DNA from: Vicugna vicugna
Lineage: Eukaryota
Assembly (NCBI GenBank): GCA_013265495.1
Contig: MU062907.1
Location: 6,554,305 to 6,618,304, forward strand
Reading direction: 5' to 3'
Length of the DNA stretch: 64,000 nt
Each line of letters starts with the position of its first letter. Position 1 is the first letter of the stretch. Of this stretch, positions 36,611 to 49,640 are shown piece by piece. Under the pieces are notes generated by a model. It saw nothing but the letters and a program-made list of their open reading frames with translations. It ran no database searches and was not told the DNA's origin. A program made the position numbers and the translations under genes.

Positions 36611-37033
36611 TAACTAGGAAATAAAATTGACTTCTAAAAAAGTTCATTAGAAGAGAATGACATGCTCATTGCCATGTGAATAAATTGGATGGGAGGGTGG
36701 AGGAGCAAGAGTTTTGCTGATTAGCATGTTAGAAAAATCATTCATAATCATTGAAAATATAAAACCTTTTTCTGTATGATGTATGTAAAGAATTTGCCAA
36801 TAGATGTTTGGAAAAATTAAAGAATAGCTATTGAAAAAATCTTAAGAAGAAACCACTGTTAAATAGCACTTTGTCTTCAGAACATGAAACTCAGTGCTGT
36901 AGCAGGTTGGAGTGGCTGTTCTCAAAATGTTATGCCTTATAAACCTTATCAGCTTTGTAGGTAAAAGTTAACATTATATTTTCTTATTTACATTTGAACA
37001 TTCATTTTAATTGTTAACTTGTTTTCCCTTCAG

Positions 37034-37129
37034 GATGATACATACACAGAAAGCTACATCAGCACAATTGGTGTGGATTTCAAGATAAGAACTATAGAAT
37101 TAGATGGGAAAACAATCAAGCTTCAAATA
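37034..37129 (+). CDS. RAB1A: Rab-1A exon 3 (96 nt)
   Basis: cccttcag|GATGAT...CAAATA|gtaagt; [32 protein letters not shown] (switch I). Confidence 0.98.
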
Positions 37130-40100
37130 GTAAGTAATTTTTGGACTAGAAAGTTTTTGGGAAATTATTTTGGTAAATTTAGAGTGTTTTTTTAATATGT
37201 GAACAAAATTAAAGTATCTTAATCATGCATCTGTGATAGTGGTAGAATAAGAATTATTTAGACTCAAAATAAAGTGATTTCTCTTAAGATTACCTTTCTT
37301 ATTGAATTTTCGGTTCATAAAGCAGCGAAATACATGTTTTAAGTCAAACTTGGTCCTAGTTCTTTTTCTTGTGCTTTTTATTAGTGGAGTCTGAGTTGAA
37401 GTTTACCTTGTGTTAAAGCGGAAATATATTGCACGTGTTTTGTATGTCTTTTATTGTGCTGAATATTGTGGAACATTAAAAGAAACCTAGGGGAAGTTTC
37501 TTCATATGTGGCTTAGTTGAAGAGTATTTATTAGATAGTATGTACCAACACTGTAGAAATGTAGAATTTTATTAGAAAGGAACTTAGCTTTTCTCACGTT
37601 TTACAGCTCAGAAAATGGATGCTAAAGAGATTTAATGACTTGCCTACAGTTATTAGCAGAACCAAGTGATCCATAGCTCTCTGTTTTCAATGTTTTGTGT
37701 CCCTGTGCTGTCCTTACCCCCTTATCAATCCTTAGATCCCCAACCCTGAATTAATAACAGGCAATTGTATTAGAAACTTAATATGGGTCTACCACACTAC
37801 CAATGTGGACATATCTGTGGTCTTGAAAAGAATTAATCTCTGTGTCAATTTCTGGTATACAGCATATAATATTTCAGTCATACATATACATGCATATATA
37901 TTTGTTTTCATATTCTTTTTCATTATAGGTTACTACAAGATATTGAATATCCTGTGCTATACAGAAGAAATTTGTTTTTTATCTATTTTATATATAGTAA
38001 TCTCTGGGTATCTTTAAGAGTTGGCTATTAGTATGAGGTAACATAGAAAACAAGTAACTGTTCTTTTCATGGAATTGATGACACACTTGAGAACTGTAAG
38101 GAGTTCTGAATTTGGAGTCAGAAAACTTGGATTTATTGACTTCATTTTGGTATTTATTAATTAAAGAGTCACGGGTTTAACTTAACTTCAGCCTTTGCCC
38201 TGAGACTCAGTTTCTTTTCTGTAAAATAAGTTTGATAATACTTGATTTATTAACTAATAAGGTAGTTGTGAGAACCAGATCTATAACTGTGTATGTGTAT
38301 ATGATTATGTATGTGAAAGCCCTTTGCAAACTTTTGGGCAATATACAAATGTTACTAATGATGTGACATACCTAGGTAAGTGAATATTTGATAGGTTATT
38401 ATTTTTTTAGCTGCTTCCTTTCTTATATGACTCTCATAAGGAAAAGAAGGGTACATTACAAAAGAATTGTGGATTTTGACACCAGTAAACACACTTGAAA
38501 CTCCAAATTAAGACTTGCAAACATATCGTTATCAGAGATAGCTTTAAATACTTTCAGTCAGTGAACAGATTATCTTCCATATTGATTTTTCCCATTACAT
38601 GTAGAGTGCCAGCTTGGCACCATAAAGAATATTTCAGAAGGATGCACCCAAGCCTCTAACTTATTGATGTGAAATGATTATGTTGTGTGTGATCATTGGT
38701 CTCCGTAAGATTTGGATACATATTTGTAAAATATCCATATATTGTTACTTTCCTATGACTGGAAGGGATCTTACAGGTCACTCAGTGTCCTTTCATCTTC
38801 AGTAGCAGTTTCCTTTCACTATCTGGTGCCTTTTTTTGAACATTTCTGGGAAGCCCACCATTTTTCAAAGCAGCTGGTTCCATTTATAAATAACCTCTAA
38901 TTGTTAATTCTTTATATTGAGCTTAAGCCAGTTTCCTTTAACTTCTGTCTTGTATTCCTTTGCCTTTTACAGCTGCCAGAATGAGATTAATTCCTTTTCT
39001 GCTGGCAGCCTGCCATTTAGATTGATCTTATCACAACCTTCTACCCCTGAAGTCAGTCATTCCTTTCTGAAAGCGTATTTTCAGAACCCTTTACAATTTG
39101 GGATACACTTGCATTTTATAAGTGTCTTTTATTAAAATACGATTCTTAAAATCAAATACAGGATATAGTCCAGCCAGTGTGGGCTACATGGGGTAAATTC
39201 TCTATTGATTTGGACTCTTTTTTTTTCTCTTGAACGTCAGGGACTCAAGCCATTTTCTCATCATTGACCCATTCAGGGACGTAAAACGAAAGCCTGAGTT
39301 TACTACATTTGCTGTCTCAACAACCATATTGCCTACCGATTTGGATCTTAAGTTTTGTTTTGTTTTAATCTTACATTTTGTGACTAGCGTTTTTAAAATC
39401 TAAACACAGTATTTAACTTTTTTAACTCTGTTACATTTCGTCTTGCCTGGCTTGAATTATCTTCCCAAGTTTTCTGGGTCTTCCAAAATGATTGGGTTGA
39501 TCTATATTTTGGTTAGCTTTTTTCTGTTCAAGTTGCCATCTGGGTCTTTATCAGAGTTAGTGATTATGAAACATTAAGCAGTGCAGGGCATGTACAGAGT
39601 CCAGTCCCATACAATGGAAGGCCTCTTTCTGTGATTGTTCCTTCATGAAGCTTTATGGAAATGCTTACATCACACCAGGCATTCAGATAGATTCAAGGTT
39701 ACAGGGATGGATGAAACATAGCCCCATGGGAGGAGATCCCATTTCAGTGGGAGAGACAAACATGGGAAAATCAGTTCCCCTGTGAGTTTGAGGGGTAATA
39801 AGGATTAGATACCTAAAGGGTGATCAGTTATAGAGGAAGGTACTGTTAGGATGTAGAGTCAGGGGAGTTTTCAGAGTGGCAGGGAGACATCAGAAATTTT
39901 ACTCTCTGGATGCCATTGCTTAGTTAGCTACAATTCTTTGTTACCATTTATTCAGAAACTGTCTTTTTCTTATACTATCTTTGTGAAAGGAGTTGGTAGG
40001 TGGAGAAGAGAGGAGAACTGATATTTTATTGAGCAGCTTCTATAATCAAGCATTGTGCTAGGCATTTTACAAACACGAATTCATTTAAGAGGGTGGTATC

Positions 40101-41652
40101 TGGGATTTATAGATGCTGTTAGGTGACTCTTCCTACAGTAAATAACCAGGAACCTAGATTGGGTGTTTTGAAGTCACATTGGCTTGCCTCCAGAGCTCGT
40201 GCTTTTCCAAAGATACCAAATTCTTCAAGGCTCCTGACTGATACAGTAGATCTAAATAGTCCTCTGACTCTCAGGCTGATACTTTGGGTGAACAAAGTAA
40301 TGAAGCTGTAGTGGCTTGTTTTTGTCTGTTTTAGATTTACAGTTAACATCTTACCTTATTTGCTTCATTATTTTTCCTCTGGAGTATGTTAAAGTAAATT
40401 ATAGATATTATGATATTTTACTCCAAAAATACTAATTATGCATCTCTATTTTACTATGTAACTACCATTATCACATCTAACAAAATTGACACTAATGCCT
40501 TAATACTGTCTAGTATCTGGTCTGTATTCGAATTTCCCCAAAATTGCAACTTACTTTTAACAATCAGATGTTGGCTGGGTCTTAGAAAAGGAAGTGATTC
40601 CACTGAGTGTTCCTGACCTTTTTTCTTTCTTTTTTTCTTTGCCATTTAAGATGCTAGTGGGGATCAACATCAAGCTCGCAGACATATTCCAAAACTTTAT
40701 AATTCCTTCCCCCTAAAGGCTGGTGCAGCTTAATCTCCACTTGTCTTATGCTTTAAGTCCATCTTTTGTTTTGTTTTTTTTCAATGGTAACCATTAAGCA
40801 ACCGCTCTTTATTACCCTATATCCATCAAGATGTTGTCTTTTACCAGTATCTTTTAGTGGGGTAGGTAGCTATTTGGATGATACAAATTTTTTTTAAAAG
40901 AAAAGGTCATTGTCTAGGAGCAATTTAAGCAAAATTCTTACTGCCCTTGTTAAAAGCAAGGCTTTTAAAATCTAACAATTGAGTTTTCCTGGTATTTTTA
41001 AAAATTAGTTTTTTAAAACCCAGAAGTTTAATGTAACGATGTGTTTTTCAGCATTTGAGCCTAAGTAGTTGAGATGTGGTAAACTGTTCTTAAGATTAAT
41101 TTTATAGAAGTACTTGGGGTCATCTTCCTTATACTGTTTTCCCTAGAACTAAGATAATTGTTCCTGAGATGGTTAAAGTGCTGTCTTGACTGGTAGTAAT
41201 CTGACTTAGGTCCTTTCAGTGGTTTCCCTGATGATAAAATGTCTTGCAGGTGATTTTGTCTTATGTGTAAGAGTGTGCTGTGTTTAAAGAGGCATTAGAC
41301 CAGGAGCTTTTCCTAATACCAAGTCAACCTGTCTTTGCATTCATACTAGCCTTGTACAGTGCTGAAGGCTGTAGGGAATATTAAGAGTATGACATAGCTC
41401 CTGATCTCAAAGAGCTTATAATTACAGTACTGGTAGCATTACTACAAGCTAAATTGTAGGTACTACCTTCTTTTCTGGACCTTCAGGTATTTGACATTTA
41501 CTGTGCAGTTTAGTAGTGTGAGCATGGAGAGCTAATGTTTCCATGTCAAAATCTTGACAACTATGTAAATTAAACTGTTCTCCCTCCTCCTTTCCTTTTC
41601 TCCAACTGTATTTTAATGCAATTGTTTGGATTTCTTAATTGTTTTATGATAG

Positions 41653-41796
<144 letters not shown>

Positions 41797-42432
41797 TAAT
41801 TGATAAATATCAGATTCTTTTACTTTGTGTATAAGCTATCAATATTATTTATATGGCAGAAGACTTCGTCTACCCCTAAATGAGTGAATCACATAAAAAC
41901 CATGTTTTAAACCAATAATCTTTTAAGAACAGATGCATTGTTATTTTTCTCCCCTACATCATTGAAATACATAATGAATTGGTCAACCAAAATTTTTTAT
42001 TATTTTCCTTTAGTAAATAGAAATTTTAGTAATTGGTTTTACATTTGCTTTTAAGGGACCAGTTCTGTCTATTATCAGCTAAATAACTGATTGTTTTGCA
42101 AGTTTGTAGGGAACTGGGGTTGCTTGGTTTATACTGTATCCTTGGTGCTAAGTATTAATAGGAATTTGCCTGGTAATTAGACCTGTCAGAATTGCCAAAA
42201 GTAAAATTAGGGGTTTCTGCCTGTATAGGATGTAGTTCAGAAATAGGGTGAGCTTATAGAGGAGAGTAAAGATTTGCTGTTGAAAGGAAGGTAGGGGGAT
42301 GTGGACATAGTGTGAAGAATGTGGTCTAAGGGCCATTTTTTTGATCAGAAAGTTAGAAAATTTCAGGGTCCGGTTTTTTTTCCTGTCAAAAGAATAAAAG
42401 ATGAACTTTGAAAGTTAGAATTTTTAATTCTT

Positions 42433-42808
42433 TTTCCAACAGAAAGCTCACATACTTATTACTGAGCCAAACAAAGCACTAGTGCAGAAACACTGACACA
42501 GAGAAAAATCATTTTCCCAATTAAGTATATCCAGCCATTACAGATAATAGTGATATTTTCAGAGTGATATGGAAAGACGCAGGTGACCTTGACACAGCAT
42601 GAGTATGTGTGGCACCTCATTTGCTGGGCTCCTTATAGACTCAGCTTGATCTTCTCCAGTGTCTTCTCTTGGAGTTGTACCTGATTTTATTATCAGTTTC
42701 ATTTGAATCCATTGGGGAATGGGATGATTCTGCTTTTGTTTCTTGGCCAGGAGTCACTTGGTCCTGAAAGTCTTTTGAGAAGACATGGTAGGAGCAAATT
42801 CAACCACC
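42433..42808 (-). pseudogene. RPL39: Processed pseudogene of ribosomal protein L39
   Basis: ATG at 42786: [29 protein letters not shown]..., continuing out of frame as NKIRYNSKRRHWRR..KL.L*. The CDS equivalent is 154 nt (two 1-nt deletions, stop at codon 11). RPL39-like 3'UTR with decayed signal AATAAG at 42455-42460; 17-bp TSD with one mismatch (42416-42432, 42809-42825). Confidence 0.93.
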
Positions 42809-43431
42809 TAGAATTTATAATTCTTGTAGCAAATGTTAAATCTTACCTCAGCTATGAAATCATAGCAAATTAGGAGATGACTAAAACTATAGACTTCACA
42901 TTCAGTGCCATTAGAAGTAATGGGTGAGTGATAATCAACATGAGGGAAAAAAATGTTGCTAATTTCAGAAATCTTACTACCATGTAATATTTAAAAGTGA
43001 AAATTTTCCTCTTTTAAGTATGACTAGAAAAGAAAACAAGCTGCTTTACCTTGGACTCATTTATTTAATAACTTTGACATCTCTGGTAGCAACATTTAGG
43101 CTATCTTATAAACCAAAAGTTTGTCAAGTTTCAAAAACCAGGTTTTGTAGCATTTTAATGCATATATTTAAATTGCATATTCCAAAACAACTGGATTTGC
43201 CTGAACTGCAGTTTAATGTTGAGCTGTATTTCCCTCTCAAATAGGCATTTTCATGTCTTCAAATTCTAATTTCTTATTCATATAGGCATGTATCATTATT
43301 TTATTATGTTCATGTCTTTCCCAGCACTAGTTATTTTGTAGCTAGAGTTGTCTCATGGTCAGCAGATACTGCTGTTTATTACTTGCTTCATTAGGACCGT
43401 TGTGTCCAGAACTGTATTGCCATTCTTTAAG

Positions 43432-43587
43432 NNNNNNNNNNNNNNNNNNNNNNNNNNNNNNNNNNNNNNNNNNNNNNNNNNNNNNNNNNNNNNNNNNNNN
43501 NNNNNNNNNNNNNNNNNNNNNNNNNNNNNNNNNNNNNNNNNNNNNNNNNNNNNNNNNNNNNNNNNNNNNNNNNNNNNNNNNNNNNNN
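43432..43587 (+). other. RAB1A: N gap inferred to contain RAB1A exon 5
   Basis: The ESFNNVKQW...DYTTAK segment is absent between exon 4 and the last exon. The gap (156 N) starts right after a pyrimidine-rich ...CATTCTTTAAG and can hold a 132-nt exon. Confidence 0.6.
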
Positions 43588-43837
43588 AAAGTTTGATTTT
43601 TCAAACTGAATTGGGAGATGCTGAATTTGAGTTTGAATTATGTTTGGGTATGGAGTTTCACAATGGCCACGACCACCTTAGCTTTAAAAATCGTGCAATA
43701 GAATCCTCTGAATATTCGTGCGGTCTTTTTGGATTCAGTAAACTTAGTCCTTTATCACTTCCTGGTTCAGTTGATGAAATATGCACTAAGTGAAAAAGGT
43801 TTTTCAGTGTTAATTTAATTGTGCCTTATATTCTTAG

Positions 43838-43881
43838 GAATTCGCTGATTCCCTTGGAATTCCATTTTTGGAAACCAGTGC
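43838..43881 (+). CDS. RAB1A: Rab-1A last coding exon, visible 5' part; remainder in N gap 43882-44732
   Basis: ttcttag|GAA TTC GCT GAT TCC CTT GGA ATT CCA TTT TTG GAA ACC AGT GC = EFADSLGIPFLETSA (G5 box). Confidence 0.95.
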
Positions 43882-44732
43882 NNNNNNNNNNNNNNNNNNN
43901 NNNNNNNNNNNNNNNNNNNNNNNNNNNNNNNNNNNNNNNNNNNNNNNNNNNNNNNNNNNNNNNNNNNNNNNNNNNNNNNNNNNNNNNNNNNNNNNNNNNN
44001 NNNNNNNNNNNNNNNNNNNNNNNNNNNNNNNNNNNNNNNNNNNNNNNNNNNNNNNNNNNNNNNNNNNNNNNNNNNNNNNNNNNNNNNNNNNNNNNNNNNN
44101 NNNNNNNNNNNNNNNNNNNNNNNNNNNNNNNNNNNNNNNNNNNNNNNNNNNNNNNNNNNNNNNNNNNNNNNNNNNNNNNNNNNNNNNNNNNNNNNNNNNN
44201 NNNNNNNNNNNNNNNNNNNNNNNNNNNNNNNNNNNNNNNNNNNNNNNNNNNNNNNNNNNNNNNNNNNNNNNNNNNNNNNNNNNNNNNNNNNNNNNNNNNN
44301 NNNNNNNNNNNNNNNNNNNNNNNNNNNNNNNNNNNNNNNNNNNNNNNNNNNNNNNNNNNNNNNNNNNNNNNNNNNNNNNNNNNNNNNNNNNNNNNNNNNN
44401 NNNNNNNNNNNNNNNNNNNNNNNNNNNNNNNNNNNNNNNNNNNNNNNNNNNNNNNNNNNNNNNNNNNNNNNNNNNNNNNNNNNNNNNNNNNNNNNNNNNN
44501 NNNNNNNNNNNNNNNNNNNNNNNNNNNNNNNNNNNNNNNNNNNNNNNNNNNNNNNNNNNNNNNNNNNNNNNNNNNNNNNNNNNNNNNNNNNNNNNNNNNN
44601 NNNNNNNNNNNNNNNNNNNNNNNNNNNNNNNNNNNNNNNNNNNNNNNNNNNNNNNNNNNNNNNNNNNNNNNNNNNNNNNNNNNNNNNNNNNNNNNNNNNN
44701 NNNNNNNNNNNNNNNNNNNNNNNNNNNNNNNN

Positions 44733-45665
44733 TTTGTGTGTGCAACCAGGGCACTGTAGACCTATCTTAGAGCAGCATCCAATATGCTTTCCAGATAATA
44801 TACCCAATAAATGACCTAGGGAGGCTTCTGTGCTGTATAGGGATTTAACCAAGCTTAGTGGTTCAGGGAGATTACATAAATTGTATGAAAATAAGTTTAG
44901 AATGTATGCAGTCTAGCTTATTATCTCTGATCCTTCGCTAAAACCATTGGAAATGGCTTCGTTGATCAACATTTTGCTAATTCTTCTGTGACAGAGGTGG
45001 AAAGCGGCACACCTTTCTTAACTGGCAGATGATTAGACTGACAGGTGTGCTAGTACTGTTTCTTCCATGCCTGGAGTCAGATGTCAGCCATCCTCCACAA
45101 CTATGTAACTTAGGTTGGAGGAGAGTTAAGGCATTGAAGTAGCAGAAAATGAACTATTTGCCCTAATTTTAGAAATTATATCCCTTTAAATTAGCTGAAA
45201 ACACAAATGCTGGGTGGGAATGATAAATGAGAGAAATATATTTATTTCAGTGGAATTTTGCACATGTGAAATTTTGTTAACTAGGACCTTAACGATCCTA
45301 GGGTTGGTTTTTATTGTGGGGAACAAAAATCTTTTGCTAGCACTGGCATTTTAAGGTAATAGAAGTCAAAGATTGTTTCCTTGGGGTTGAAGTAGCAGCC
45401 AAAACATTCTTTACTTAGGGGCTTGGGATGTGGCTGTTGGCAACACATTTTATGGTGGGGGTCTTTAATTCAGTGATAAAATTTAAACTAAAAACAAGCC
45501 AAAAATTATAGGTTTCTTTATTTTCACTAAACAGGCAATTGAAATACATGGTACAAAAATAAGTGGTTAAGATTATTGTAAAATGAAATGGACAGAATAA
45601 ATATTCAATTTAATTTTCCATCTATGAGAATTTCACAATAAAATCACAGTTTACTTTGTATTATA
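44733..45665 (+). other. RAB1A: RAB1A distal 3'UTR
   Basis: Resembles the recalled mammalian RAB1A long 3'UTR (AGACCTATCTTAGAGCAGCATCC...TTTCACAATAAAA); AATAAA at 45637-45642 followed by a U/GU-rich stretch. Confidence 0.8.
45637..45642 (+). terminator. RAB1A: RAB1A distal polyadenylation signal
   Basis: AATAAA with downstream TTTACTTTGTATTATAGATGTGCTTGTT; other AATAAA hexamers at 44806 and 45596. Confidence 0.7.
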
Positions 45666-47643
45666 GATGTGCTTGTTGGATCTATTCATCCTCACATAAG
45701 GCAACTGAAAAATTTCTCAAGTTACCAGTAATTTGGGTGAAATTTTTTATTAATGTTTCAAAAGGTTTGGGTTTTGGGGTTTTTTTTTTTTTTTTGCCTT
45801 ATCAATATAGTATAAAGGGGAAAAGAATTCAGAAACTAATTTTTAAAGTAGATGAGTGATACAAATGTTAGTGTGATACACTTTGGTTTTTTAATACAGC
45901 AAGTTGTTCAAACTGTCAGCTTATTCTTGTGAGTTAGCAAAAAACATTACATGAATTTAAGATGTAGGCATATTTACATACTTACTGAGTTTTGAAAATT
46001 CCAGTGTTCTTTCCCCCATGGCAGTTGAGACTGGGGCTTACTGCAAGATGTCTTGCCATGCTTCTCTATCTGCTTTTATGAATTTACCCATAAATGCAGT
46101 TTTGAAAAAAAAATGTATTCCCATTCCTATCCCCATTTTCAAGTACAAACACTTCAAGCTACTATGGGCTTTAATAGTCTGTTCACTCAATAAATGGAAT
46201 TAATGCTTTGCTGTATTTTAAATGTAAGTGGCTACCATGAATTACCTTACAGATGTGAAGAGTTTTCTAAATCTAAGCAGTCACAGTCTCTGTGAAATCC
46301 TTGCAGAATGATAGCTGTTCTGGTCTGAGTAGTAACTACTTGTTCTTTGACCTTGGACCAAACCTCCTTTAGCATATATGTTACCATTGCATTATATTTT
46401 ATATCAGCCCTTCTTTATGATCCCATTTAAGCTTTAAAACAGTCCTGTATTGACACTCCTATTTGCAGATCATCTTAGCCAGGGAGCTGTGACAAGAACC
46501 CAGGTTTTCAAACTGCCAGCCCAGGTTCTAGTACTGCCAGATTCCAGTGGACTTAAGTTCTACTAATTTAAAGGGAACTACTAAGAAAATTTACTGCAGG
46601 TAAACTTGGAATTTCATAACCACGTTAATGTCACTGTAAGCCACTGCTGTTAAGGCTAACGTGTACCACAGCACACTGGCCAGCCAGGCTGTTTGAATCT
46701 AGCCTGGCCACGTTTGCTCGTGGAATGCTGCTGGCAGCATCTTCCGAGGCGGAAACCGTTTCAGCTTGAGTTTTTTAAGGGAGGTCTTAAACTTCTTACA
46801 GCGCTGCCGAAGATGACATTAAGTTGTACTGATACTCTTAAGCGGCATTCACAGCTAGGTCCAGAGTAGGCACCCTTCAGTCACACCTTATTTCAAAGGA
46901 AGTGAACAAAAGTATCTTAGGTCATCTCTAGGTAAAGTAGCACTTTCTCGGGAAACAGGGTACTCTGAAGTAAAATACTCTGTGAAAATTCTTGTCAGTT
47001 GAAGCTGATTATAATTATTAGGTTGAATGGCAGAATGGCATGTTCAGCTATTCATTATTATAAAGGGTTGTCATCTTCAGTTTTTGCTAAGTAAGAGACT
47101 TACTTTCTTGTCTATCAAATGTTAGTAAATACTCCCAAGGGCTATCCTGTAACATACTCAGTGGAAAGACATGTGCCAACTGATAGCTCTAAGAGAAGGT
47201 GAAATACATCAATTTAAGAACAGAGGCCATTAGACATGTCTTTTTAACCAGTTCTAGGCTTTTAGGAGGATTTTACATATACAATGATTTGCTAAGGTGT
47301 TCTTTCTAAATCTCATTATGTACGGAACCAAGATTACAGTGGAGCTGGCAGAATCCTAATACGCAGCTTAGTTCTGATCATGCCCTTAAGCATTATGGTA
47401 AGTCATCCCAGAGTAGCAGAGGCACCTGAAACACTGCACTTTATACAGCTACTGTTGAATTTTATATTTTTTCCTTAATTGTTAAGTATTAGAATTTAAC
47501 AGCTTATTTTCCAGTATAAAGTCTGAGAAATTTTAAAGTGGGGAAGTCACATTTAATGATAGGATTTTACTGCATATGGAGGTGGATGAGATGATGTTAA
47601 GATTATGTGGTTCAGCCCCCAAAACTAAAGCCCTAAAAGTCCT

Positions 47644-47750
47644 TTTGTTTTGGTTGGGGGGGGGTTCAGGTTTATTTATTTCTAGAAGTGGTTCTGGGGA
47701 CTGAACCCAGGACCTTGTGCATGCTAAGCATGCACTCTACCACTTCTTCC
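47644..47750 (-). mobile_element. Camelid tRNA-Ala-derived SINE in the CEP68 3'UTR, sense to CEP68
   Basis: Reverse complement AGTGGTAGAGTGCATGCTTAGCATGCACAAGGTCCTGGGTTCAGTCCCCAG...AAATAAATAAACC. Confidence 0.85.
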
Positions 47751-49403
47751 TCTAAACTTCTTTTAACAAGGGTAATTTTGTATTAAATATTTTGTCCGGA
47801 GAGACAGTCTGCTTTATGAAAATAATTGTTCTAATGTCACTTGCTCTGGGTTCAGATGACTTGTTCATTTCTTTATAAACTTAAAAGATCTTCCTTTCTT
47901 AAGCGCACTCCTTGAATGTGAATCTGGAGTTTGAAAAAAGATAAATTTAAGTGTGAAGAACCCCTTCCTTAAGGCTTAGTCCACTGTAGTGCTAAAAATA
48001 CACGGGGGAAAAAGTGCTTCCTCCTTCCATATTCATTCATGGCCCAACAGAACTTTTTTTTAAGTGCCTTTTTTTTTCTTAGTTTTATGCAAAATCTGTG
48101 GTTCCTAGCAATAGCTGATCATTTTTCTTTAAAAAGCCATAGAATTGGCTTTAAGTGGTTGATCAGATTTTTTTCTCTGAGGTACTTACATGTCAACTCC
48201 CAAAGCAACAAAGAATTCCCTTTTTTCCTTCACTTTTGACAGCCTTAGTTTCTATAGTTAGCCAGACTGTGTGATTCTGTCCACGGCCTTCCCTGACCTG
48301 ACCACTCCTCCAAGGGAGAGCAGGAATGGAGGCTGCCTCCTCCTAGGGGTACCCTTAAGGTAGATCAGTCAGTCCAGAGCCCTGGGGAAGCTCAGCAGCA
48401 GTTCCCTAAGTCCCTGACACATTTTTCTTTGAGATACTAGCTAGGCAGGCAGATGGAGCCCTAGGCCCTTAAGATGATAAAAGGTATGCTGACAGCCCAA
48501 AATAATTTGTAGAGAGATCTGTTCAGAAACTTCTATTAATTTGGAGAGTTAAAGTCTCTTCTGTAACCTTCAAAGAGGGATTTATAATAAAGCCTAAGCT
48601 TCATTTTGTGAAGTTCCAAGTTCCTGGCCAACCATTCACTTTTTTCAGTCTCTTGGATCCTCCTGTGTGCCTGCGGATACCAGGCACTTGGTACCTTCTT
48701 TCTCATGCCAGCCTTCTTTAAATGATCTCAGCAGGTGGACTAGTTACAGAAGCTGTCTCCTCTTTTTAACTGGATGGAGAAGGAAAGACCTTTAAGCCTC
48801 ACTGGCATTATTTATCAAAAACTGCAAAGCTACGTGCTCTATGTAGAGAAGCACCAAAAGGAAAACCTTAGTTTGGAAGGATTCATTTTAAATAAAAATA
48901 GTAACTCAATAGCCCTTACTTCAGGGAAGAGAAAGGCATTTTAAAGCTAGTACATTAGAGTTAGGTTTCCCCCTTGATTTCATTGTTAAATGGCTCTCAC
49001 AAGGACTTCCTGCAAGTTTCCTACTAGCCAGGTTTTGGCTGACTGATTACATCTCTGCCTGAGAAGACGCCTGAAAGAGAAAGAGAAGCTTGTTACAGGC
49101 GGAATGCTGCAGAGGAAGAAATGACACAGTAGTCACCTGCATTCACTTTAGCACTGAAATGACTACTGCTCAAATTTATTTGATACAAATACAGGGACTT
49201 GCTGCTCCTGACATACCAGGAATTTATATCCTTTACCCTCTCTTGTCTACAGTGAACTCTCACCTGAAAAACCTGAGTTGAACAGCACATTTTGGTTTTA
49301 GGAGAGAAAGTTTCAGAGAAAGTATGCTCCTGTTGTGGAATCACGTTGGGCAGTGGTAACTCCATTGACACCAACCCCTCTGCTCTTAGCACCCCCTTTC
49401 CTG

Positions 49404-49418
49404 TCATTCCTGTTTGAC
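49404..49418 (-). CDS. CEP68: CEP68 putative final coding segment (VKQE*)
   Basis: Acceptor gtttccttttcatctctgaaag|GTC AAA CAG GAA TGA, in frame with exon 6 if the CTG|gtaagt donor at 50040 is used. Acceptor choice is inferred. Confidence 0.5.
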   Translation of the reverse strand, partial: VKQE

Positions 49419-49593
49419 CTTTCAGAGATGAAAAGGAAACTGTACTGTTGCATCTCCAAGGTATGGTACTCCCATCTACTCCCCTAGCCCTTTATGGAAG
49501 GGACTATGAAAAACTTGCAGAGAGCCTTTTTGGGAAAAGGAGGTATGGGGAGTTATCAGTAACTCTGGATCCCTGTGGGCACGTGCTGCTGTC

Positions 49594-49640
49594 CAGAGCT
49601 GCTCGGAGATGGAGTACAGAGCTGCTCGGAGATGGAGTAC
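49594..49640. repeat. Perfect 23-bp tandem duplication
   Basis: CAGAGCTGCTCGGAGATGGAGTA twice (49594-49616, 49617-49639). Confidence 0.95.

Larger units (their letters stand above)
45497..49403 (-). other. CEP68: CEP68 3'UTR (last exon), putative extent
   Basis: Follows the predicted stop at 49404-49406. Minus-strand AATAAA candidates at 47671-47680, 45746-45751 and 45517-45522; the end position is inferred. Confidence 0.55.

Noticed and set aside
43348-44852. ORFs of 80-345 aa spanning N gaps
   Set aside because: Artefacts of translating Ns; only the EFADSLGIPFLETSA frame is real.
46683-46708. 9-bp hairpin GCCAGGCTG/TAGCCTGGC in the CEP68 3'UTR
   Set aside because: Too short for a pre-miRNA or SECIS element; expected by chance.
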